Shown here: one piece after another, positions 57,909 through 64,000 of the stretch
How the letters are laid out: every line of letters begins with the position of its first letter
Position numbering within the stretch: the stretch's first letter is position 1
From: a bacterium
GTDB lineage: Bacteria > Desulfobacterota > Desulfocorpusculales > Desulfocorpusculum
Length of the DNA: 64,000 nucleotides
Assembly (NCBI GenBank): GCA_037481695.1
Contig: JBBFLE010000006.1
Coordinates: 129,530 to 193,529, forward strand
Direction of reading: 5' to 3'
Notes under the pieces: generated by a model
What the model was told of the DNA's origin: nothing
The model's database searches: none
What the model saw: only the letters and a program-made list of their open reading frames with translations
Program-made: the position numbers and the translations under genes

Positions 57909-60398
57909 ATGCCACTGAAGGAGTCGGTTCTGGAGAAACTGTTGGAGATCTTCGGCGAGAAGGATGTGAGCACTCGCACGTCGGAGCTTTACGTATATTC
58001 CTTTGACGGGGGCATCCATAGAAGGATGCCTGATGCAGTGGTAAGGCCCAGGCAAACGGTGCAGGTTCAGAAGCTGGTGGCCCTGGCCAATGAGGAAAAG
58101 GTGCCATTGGTGCCCAGAGGCGCTGGAACCGGGCTTGTGGGGGCCGCCGTGCCCATAGTGGGTGGAATCGTTGTGGACATGCAAGGCATGAAGCAGATCA
58201 AGGAGATCCGGGTAGATGGCATGTATGCTGTGGTGGAGCCCGGGGTGGTCTGCGACAGATTCAACGAAGCTTTGAAGCCTTACAATTACTTCATCCCTGG
58301 ACCGGCCTCCAGCGAGGTGGCCACCCTGGGTGGTATGGTTGGCCACAATTCCTCAGGCGGCTTTGCCCTGAAATATGGGGCCACCAGGGACTATGTGCTG
58401 GGTCTCTTGGTGGTGCTGCCCAATGGGGATGTCATAGATGTGGGCACCAAGACGCCAGTGAATTCAGGAGGATTCCAGTTCGAGAAGTTTTTCTGTGGTT
58501 CGGAAGGCACACTGGGGATATTCACAGAGATAGTGCTCAAGATCGTTCCCAAGCCCAAAGCCAAAGCAGCCTGTGTGGCTTTCTTTGAGGATCTGGAGAA
58601 AACAGGTCAGTGCGTGGCCAACATTGTGGCCCAGGGCATGGTCCCCTCACAGATCGAGATCATGACAGGGATATCCATCAAGGCGGTCAACAAGGCCAAG
58701 GGGCTTGGGCTACCCGAGTGCGCTGGCATGCTCTTGATAGAGGTGGACGGGCATCCAAGTGTGGTGAGCCAGGAGGTGGAGCTTGTGGGAAAGATCTGTG
58801 AACAAAGTGGTGCCTTCAAGACCGAGTTCACAGATGACCCCAAGCGCATGGAGATCCTCTGGAAAGGCCGAAAGGAAATGATCCCTTCCCTGAGCATTCT
58901 GAAGGAAGACTATGCCACCGTGATGCTCGCAGACGACATGGCCGTGCCCATATACAACGTGCCCAAGGCGCTAAAGGCCTTCGACGAGATCGCTAGCCAA
59001 TATGACATCTATATCCCGGCTTACGGCCATGCCGCAACAGGCAACCTTCACACCAAGGTGCTCATGGATCCCACAAATCCTGACCACTGGAAGCAGGCCG
59101 AGGAGGCTGTGCCCAGGATGTATGATGCGGTAATGGCCCTGGGCGGCACAACCACAGGTGAGCATGGCATAGGAATTACCAAGGCTCCCTTTCTCCACAG
59201 GGAAAAAGCTGGGGCTGTCAAGGCCATGAAGGCCATAAAAAGGGCTCTGGATCCACACAACATAATGAACCCGAAGAAACTCATGGACTGGGAGGAGGGT
59301 TTTGTGACCCACCTGCGCTATCCCTTCCAGGTGCCCGAAGGCAAGGGCGAGCTGGCCCCCCATTTCCACGAGATGATCACATGCACCCAGTGTGGTTACT
59401 GCAAGGGTGTGTGTCCTGGCATTCAGTGCGCAGAAGGTTGGGACTCTTTGAGCCCCAGGGGCAAGGTGGCCCTTTCTTACGGTGTGGTGACAGGGGAAAT
59501 CCCTCTGGATAAGTCAGTGGCGGACAGGCTTTTCCAGTGTGTGCTGTGCGGAGACTGTTTCAGAAGGTGTCCCTCTGGGATAAACGCTCCGGAGCTGGTA
59601 AAGGCAGCCAGAGCCGAACTTGTGGATGCTGGTTTGGCCTATGATACTCACCGGGCGCTGGTGGAGAACATCATGCGCACCGGCAACATTTACGGGGACG
59701 AGGCCATGGAGGTGCCTGTGACCCAGGGAGAGGCAGTGGTCTTCTTGGGCTGCCAGTATGGCTCCAGGCTGAACAAGACCAAGAAGTACCTGAAGATCAT
59801 GGAGAAGCTCGGGCTTGCAGCCAGGGTGGAAGGAGGACTCTGCTGCGGATATCCCATGGCAGTTCTGGGCTTCAAGAAATCTCTGGAAGAATATAAAAAA
59901 CGTTTCCTGGACCGATTCAAGTCTCAGGAGATGGTCTCCTTCTGTCCCTCCTGCGCCCTCTTCCTGCACGAAGAGTACGGATTTCCTGTGAGACACATTC
60001 TTCAGGTAGTGGCTGAGAAGCTCAGGGGCAAGGAGCTTCCAAGCAATGGGAAGGTGGTCACATATCATGATTCCTGTGACCTTTCCCGAGGCATGAAGAT
60101 AACCGAGGAACCCAGAGAGATCCTCAAGGCCTTGGGTTACAAGCTGGTGGAAATGAAATACAACAGAGCCCAGTCCAGATGCTGTGGAGGAGGAGGCGGC
60201 ATTCTTACCACAGACCAGGCCATGTCTGGAGATATCTCCGAATCTCGCATCCAGGAGGCTCTGGAGACAGGGGCCGAGACCCTTGTGACTGCCTGCCCCA
60301 CTTGTGAGCAGGTGCTGAGAAAGGCTGCTTCCAACATTAAGACAGGAAAAATAGCCGTGAAGGAGCTAAGTGACGTTCTTTCAGAGGCCCTGAAATAG
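57909..60398 (+). CDS. FAD-linked oxidase (GlcD/D-lactate dehydrogenase-like) fused to an Fe-S/CCG-domain oxidoreductase (GlcF/HdrD-like)
   Basis: 829 aa; FAD-binding PCMH domain (RGAGTGLVGAAVP), 2x CxxCxxCxxxCP ferredoxin motifs, two CCG-like Cys motifs at the C-terminus. Confidence 0.8.
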   Translation: MPLKESVLEKLLEIFGEKDVSTRTSELYVYSFDGGIHRRMPDAVVRPRQTVQVQKLVALANEEKVPLVPRGAGTGLVGAAVPIVGGIVVDMQGMKQIKEIRVDGMYAVVEPGVVCDRFNEALKPYNYFIPGPASSEVATLGGMVGHNSSGGFALKYGATRDYVLGLLVVLPNGDVIDVGTKTPVNSGGFQFEKFFCGSEGTLGIFTEIVLKIVPKPKAKAACVAFFEDLEKTGQCVANIVAQGMVPSQIEIMTGISIKAVNKAKGLGLPECAGMLLIEVDGHPSVVSQEVELVGKICEQSGAFKTEFTDDPKRMEILWKGRKEMIPSLSILKEDYATVMLADDMAVPIYNVPKALKAFDEIASQYDIYIPAYGHAATGNLHTKVLMDPTNPDHWKQAEEAVPRMYDAVMALGGTTTGEHGIGITKAPFLHREKAGAVKAMKAIKRALDPHNIMNPKKLMDWEEGFVTHLRYPFQVPEGKGELAPHFHEMITCTQCGYCKGVCPGIQCAEGWDSLSPRGKVALSYGVVTGEIPLDKSVADRLFQCVLCGDCFRRCPSGINAPELVKAARAELVDAGLAYDTHRALVENIMRTGNIYGDEAMEVPVTQGEAVVFLGCQYGSRLNKTKKYLKIMEKLGLAARVEGGLCCGYPMAVLGFKKSLEEYKKRFLDRFKSQEMVSFCPSCALFLHEEYGFPVRHILQVVAEKLRGKELPSNGKVVTYHDSCDLSRGMKITEEPREILKALGYKLVEMKYNRAQSRCCGGGGGILTTDQAMSGDISESRIQEALETGAETLVTACPTCEQVLRKAASNIKTGKIAVKELSDVLSEALK

Positions 60399-60429
60399 GA
60401 CTGACTGGAGCGTGGTGGCAAGGCTCAGT

Positions 60430-60472
60430 ACCCGCATCATCTGCCCTTGGTGGATGATGCGGGTCAGTTTTT
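60430..60472 (+). terminator. Strong intrinsic terminator (12-bp perfect stem ACCCGCATCATC/GATGATGCGGGT, 11-nt loop, then CAGTTTTT)
   Basis: Read directly; its 3' edge touches the convergent kinase stop codon. Confidence 0.65.
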
Positions 60473-61627
60473 GGGCAAGAGCACCTGGAAGGTGGTACCC
60501 TGACCTTCTTGGGTTTCAAAGGAGATGCTTCCGCCATGCTCCTCTACTATCTTGCGGGCCAGCAAGAGGCCAAGCCCGGTTCCCTGCCCGCCCTTGGTGC
60601 TGAAGAACCGGGAGAAGACCCTTTCCTTGGCTTCCTGGTCCATGCCGCAGCCGTTGTCAGAGACCTGGAGCAGAATTCTTTGCTCCCCTGGGGCCCTCCT
60701 CTCCAGGGCCAGGTGGAACTCAATGCAGAACTCCCTGGCCCGATCAGGATGGAATCTACAGGCATCCAGGGCATTGGTGCCCAGATTCAATAGAACCCTA
60801 TGAATCCCTTTTCTGTCCCAGTAGGCCTCTCCCACCTCCTCCAGTCGAGAGATAACTTTGATCCCTTGCTCTTCGGCGGTGGGCTGGAGGATTCTCACCA
60901 CCTCCGAGACCAACTCCACAGGGTTGCAAGGACTCTTTTCAGGAACCCTCTGCTTGGAGAAATCCAGTAGGTCCAGGGCCAGTTGGGAGATCCTCTCCAT
61001 GTTTCTCTGAACCATGTTCCAGCCTTCCTGCAGCAATGGCCAGTCGGCTTTGGCCAGGGCGGAATTCACCTTGTATGCCCCACCCCTGAGGGCATTGAGG
61101 ATGTTCTTGATATAGTGAGCCAATCCGGCCACGGTCTCCCCTATGGTGGCAAGCCTTTCTTGGCGCAGGAGCTCCTCTTGAGCCATCTCCAGCTCCCGAC
61201 GGTACTGGGCCACCTTCTCCTCCAGGCCTGATGTATATTGCTTGAGCAGTTCTGTGGTTTGGATCTTTTTCTCGGCTCTCTGGAGGGCCAGAAGAAGCGC
61301 TTCCTCACGAATGGGTTTGGTGATGAAGTCAGAAGCTCCTTCTCGTAACACAGCGATGGCTGACTCCATGTCCCCGTGGCCTGTGATCACCACCACCTCG
61401 GCTTCTTGGTCCAGAGCCTTGATATTTTTCAGTAACTCTATGCCGTCCATCCCCGGCATGCGAATATCGGTGACCACAAGCTTGATTTCCCCCTGCCTGA
61501 ATATCTCCAGGCCTTTACTGGCGGACTCGGCCGTGAGCACCTCGTAACCCTCGCTGGCCAGAGAGATACCCAGCACCTCCAAAATAGCCCTTTCATCATC
61601 TATCAGAAGAAGCTTCCTGGGTTGCAT
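60464..61627 (-). CDS. Hybrid receiver-histidine kinase (N-terminal REC, HisKA, HATPase_c)
   Basis: LLIDDE...VVTDIRMPGMDG receiver; H-box LAHYIKN; N/G boxes NLGTNALDA, DNGCGM, GTGLGL. Confidence 0.8.
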   Translation of the reverse strand: MQPRKLLLIDDERAILEVLGISLASEGYEVLTAESASKGLEIFRQGEIKLVVTDIRMPGMDGIELLKNIKALDQEAEVVVITGHGDMESAIAVLREGASDFITKPIREEALLLALQRAEKKIQTTELLKQYTSGLEEKVAQYRRELEMAQEELLRQERLATIGETVAGLAHYIKNILNALRGGAYKVNSALAKADWPLLQEGWNMVQRNMERISQLALDLLDFSKQRVPEKSPCNPVELVSEVVRILQPTAEEQGIKVISRLEEVGEAYWDRKGIHRVLLNLGTNALDACRFHPDRAREFCIEFHLALERRAPGEQRILLQVSDNGCGMDQEAKERVFSRFFSTKGGQGTGLGLLLARKIVEEHGGSISFETQEGQGTTFQVLLPKN

Positions 61628-63704
61628 TATTTCCCTCCCGGTAAACCGGAAAACTCAGCAAAAAGGTGGTTCCCACTCCAACATGGGACTGGACCTCTAT
61701 GTTGCCTTTGAAATCACTGACCAGGTTATAGGTAATGGAAAGCCCCAATCCGGTTCCCTCCCCCGGGGGTTTGGTGGTGAAAAAAGGCTCGAAGATTCTG
61801 TTGAGCACTGCCTGGGGCATGCCCTGTCCAGTGTCCGAGACCTCCACCACCACCCTGTTTTTAACTCCAAAGGATGTTACTGTGAGCCTGCGGGGTGTGC
61901 CGGGAGGGTTGGATGACATGGCATCTCTGGCATTGGTGATGAGGTTCAAGAATATCTGCTCCAGCCTGTTCTTGTCTCCAAGGATCCTGGGGAGATCAGG
62001 TTGCAGGTTCAGCTCCACGGAGATCTCCCTTAGGGTTAGCTGCTGGCCCAGCAGGGTGAAAGCCCCTCTTATGGCCTCATTGGGGTCCGTGGGATACATC
62101 TGAAACTCAGACTTTCTACCGAATTCCCTCAGGTGATCTATGATACGCGAAGCCCTGTCCACCTGCTCACTCATGTTCCTGGCTATGGTCAATAGCTTTT
62201 CCTGGGAAATGGTCTGTCCTCGGTTGGCCATTTTCTGGAAAAAGTCTGCCCCTACCTTTATGACATTGAGGGGCTGGTTGAGCTCGTGGGCTACCCCCGT
62301 GGCCATCTCGCCCAAGGTGGCCATCTTGCTGGCTTGTATCAGAAGAGATTCCTCCTGGAGCCTCCTGGTCACATCCACCATGCGCACCAGCACACAGGTC
62401 TCCCCAGCCGAGCCTTGCACATCGGCCAAGTCCACGACTCTGGCGTGAAGGTTGACCAACAGAGCTTCCTGAGTGCATGTGCTTAGCCTGAGCTTGGGGA
62501 TGTCGAAGGCCATGCCCACCTCGCAGGCCTGTGATCTGGCTTTGAGAAGCTCTGCATCCTCTGATGCCAACAAGGAGAGGAATTGCTGCTCAAGAAGCTC
62601 CTCCCTGGGGCAATGCAGCATGCGCAATGCGGTCTCATTGGCCTCCAAGATTCTATCCAGGGAGCGATCCACCAGGAATACTGCATTGGGATCATAGTCG
62701 AACAGCAGCCTCCTCTTGCGTTCAGAGCGCGAGAGTTCCTCGCTCTTGCTGCGCATGCTCCATATGATCTCCCCGAAAGCATGAGCCAGTTGAGCGATTT
62801 CATCCCCTTGTGACTTCCTGTAGACTTTGCATACCTTGCAGACCTCCCGGAGTGGTTGACTCAAGGAGGCATGGGTGGCAGGGGACACGGAGCTGCTCAA
62901 CGTCCAGCATGGCCCCACCATTTGACCGTAGGCCGGGCACTCGGTCTTGGAGCATCCTTTGAATTCCCAGCACCTGGGGGAGCGCAAGATGGGTGGCAGG
63001 GGCTCATCCAGGCCTCGGGCCAGACGCTTCATGGCCTGTGTGAGTCGCGAAAGGGGTGTGGTAACGTACGTGGCTGCGAGTTGGCCCAGGAATATGGCCA
63101 GACCCACGGTAACAAGCATGAGAAGTGCCAAGATAACCCCCATCTCCTGGATCATCCTATCCAAGGGGGTCTTGCGCATGCCCACGTGGATAACCCCTAT
63201 GGGCCGGTTGCCTTCCTTAACTAGTACTGCGGTGTCGTATATCCAGGACTCCCCCACCTTCAGCAGCCTGATTTTCTCCTCCTCCGGACCCGGAAGCCTA
63301 ACCATGTCTATCTCAGGGGGCGCATGATCCGGAAATGTGTAAGCCAGCATCCGGTTGGTCTCGTCTGTGACGAAGATGTATGCGATCTCGTACTCTATGG
63401 CCTCCCTCAGGACAATTATCCTTCTCAGTTCTTCCAGATCTCCGGAAAGTATCAGGGGCCGGCATCTGGTGGCCAGGTAATAGGCCACCCTGAGACTGTA
63501 AGTCTTCATCTGGTCCACGAACATGGGGATGAAGATCCTCCAGTAGGCGATGCTGTTGACCAGGAGAATCAACACAAGGATGGTGAGGCTGCTGAAAAAC
63601 ACCTTTCGATGAAGGCTGAGCCTTCTGTGGTAATCTCTTATGGCTGACAAAAGCATGATGGCTCCGAGGCACACAAGGGCTGTTGATCCATCTTGGGTGG
63701 TCAT
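61596..63704 (-). CDS. Membrane sensor histidine kinase (2 TM + HAMP-like + Cys-rich insert + PAS + HisKA + HATPase_c)
   Basis: H-box VAHELNQP, N box NLITNARDA, G boxes DTGQGM, GTGLGL; Cys cluster CWEFKGCSKTECP...GPCW...CKVCKV. Confidence 0.8.
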   Translation of the reverse strand: MTTQDGSTALVCLGAIMLLSAIRDYHRRLSLHRKVFFSSLTILVLILLVNSIAYWRIFIPMFVDQMKTYSLRVAYYLATRCRPLILSGDLEELRRIIVLREAIEYEIAYIFVTDETNRMLAYTFPDHAPPEIDMVRLPGPEEEKIRLLKVGESWIYDTAVLVKEGNRPIGVIHVGMRKTPLDRMIQEMGVILALLMLVTVGLAIFLGQLAATYVTTPLSRLTQAMKRLARGLDEPLPPILRSPRCWEFKGCSKTECPAYGQMVGPCWTLSSSVSPATHASLSQPLREVCKVCKVYRKSQGDEIAQLAHAFGEIIWSMRSKSEELSRSERKRRLLFDYDPNAVFLVDRSLDRILEANETALRMLHCPREELLEQQFLSLLASEDAELLKARSQACEVGMAFDIPKLRLSTCTQEALLVNLHARVVDLADVQGSAGETCVLVRMVDVTRRLQEESLLIQASKMATLGEMATGVAHELNQPLNVIKVGADFFQKMANRGQTISQEKLLTIARNMSEQVDRASRIIDHLREFGRKSEFQMYPTDPNEAIRGAFTLLGQQLTLREISVELNLQPDLPRILGDKNRLEQIFLNLITNARDAMSSNPPGTPRRLTVTSFGVKNRVVVEVSDTGQGMPQAVLNRIFEPFFTTKPPGEGTGLGLSITYNLVSDFKGNIEVQSHVGVGTTFLLSFPVYREGNNATQEASSDR

Positions 63705-63775
63705 GATAGCATACGGCCCGGCTTGGAGAAAAAGGTGATCTTGGAAAAAAACAGGTTTCTAGCTTGGGGGAAGCC

Positions 63776-64000
63776 ATGGGAAGTTTAGTGCTTATTGTGG
63801 ATGATGATCCTGACAATGTGAGCTACCTCAAAGATGTCTTAGAAGACGCTGGTTATAAGACCATAACCGCCGGAGACGGCCTGGAAGGAATGGAGAAGGT
63901 TCGTAAGGGCTCTCCTGATCTGGTGCTTCTGGATCTCATGATGCCCAACAAGAGCGGCATCAGGATGTTCCAGGAGCTCAAGGCAGATCCAGAGCTGAGG
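63776..64000 (+). CDS. Response regulator receiver domain protein (3' partial)
   Basis: MGSLVLIVDDDPDN...DLVLLDLMMP; runs off the window end. Confidence 0.8.
   Translation, partial: MGSLVLIVDDDPDNVSYLKDVLEDAGYKTITAGDGLEGMEKVRKGSPDLVLLDLMMPNKSGIRMFQELKADPELR

Noticed and set aside
1-64000. CRISPR arrays, IS elements, integrases, rRNA
   Set aside because: No regularly spaced direct repeats, transposase/integrase-like ORFs or rRNA-like sequence were seen in any frame

Overview
This is a GC-rich bacterial chromosomal window of about 70 genes with a sprinkling of accessory clusters among housekeeping ones. Gene content points to an anaerobic, Desulfobacterota-like organism (inference only). It includes a CCG/heterodisulfide-reductase-like Fe-S domain, a dienoyl-CoA-reductase-like flavoenzyme, a Liv-type ABC system with an embedded acyl-CoA ligase, many sensor kinases and TPR proteins.

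Left to right:
- 1..4140: pilT (5' partial), recX, alaS.
- 4165..5770 (minus): a standalone PocR-like sensor-domain protein and a Tat-exported hypothetical protein.
- 6476..11975 (minus): an OYE/FadH-like flavoenzyme, a xylose-isomerase-like TIM-barrel enzyme, and an SsuABC-type ABC transporter with a G/C hairpin between the binding-protein and permease genes.
- 12068..15064 (minus): the def-fmt-rsmB operon, diverging from rpe.
- 15842..17635: a membrane-anchored TPR protein.
- 17796..17870 (minus): tRNA-Pro(CGG).
- 18151..20085: a DUF151 nuclease-domain protein, plsY and a YacP-like NYN protein.
- 20201..21097: an isolated hisF carrying an insertion.
- 21125..24441: a B12-binding radical SAM gene diverging from a roughly 400-aa GT-A glycosyltransferase followed by a single-domain response regulator.
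- 24784..33115: a TetR-controlled operon, livG - AMP-ligase - livH - livM - binding protein - lipoprotein - livF, with a palindromic operator candidate upstream.
- 33116..37051: an AT-rich patch containing psiE, then a P-type Ca2+/Mg2+ ATPase.
- 37154..44697: the origin-proximal cluster rpmH-rnpA-yidD-yidC-jag-mnmE-rsmG-(parS)-parA-parB, lacking both dnaA and mnmG.
- 44725..50332: a parvulin-TPR protein, a SAM methyltransferase and an HTH/Zn-ribbon regulator with a Cys-rich small ORF. These are convergent with a nitroreductase-M16-M16 peptidase operon.
- 50424..52774: maf, yggS, proC.
- 52921..55958: two tandem FemAB/Acetyltransf_6-like paralogues, a TraB/GumN-family protein and a hypothetical protein.
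- 56055..60398: an orphan gcvH, a LarA-like racemase with no larBCE, and a fused FAD-oxidase/Fe-S (GlcD-GlcF-like) putative D-lactate dehydrogenase, ending in a strong intrinsic terminator.
- 60464..64000: a phosphorelay of a membrane PAS histidine kinase with a Cys-rich insert, a REC-HK hybrid and a divergent response regulator (3' partial).

No CRISPR array, rRNA or obvious mobile element was seen. The best novelty candidates are the FemAB-like/TraB block, the LarA/GcvH/FAD-FeS block, the B12-rSAM/glycosyltransferase pair and the Cys-rich small ORF beside the M16 peptidase operon.
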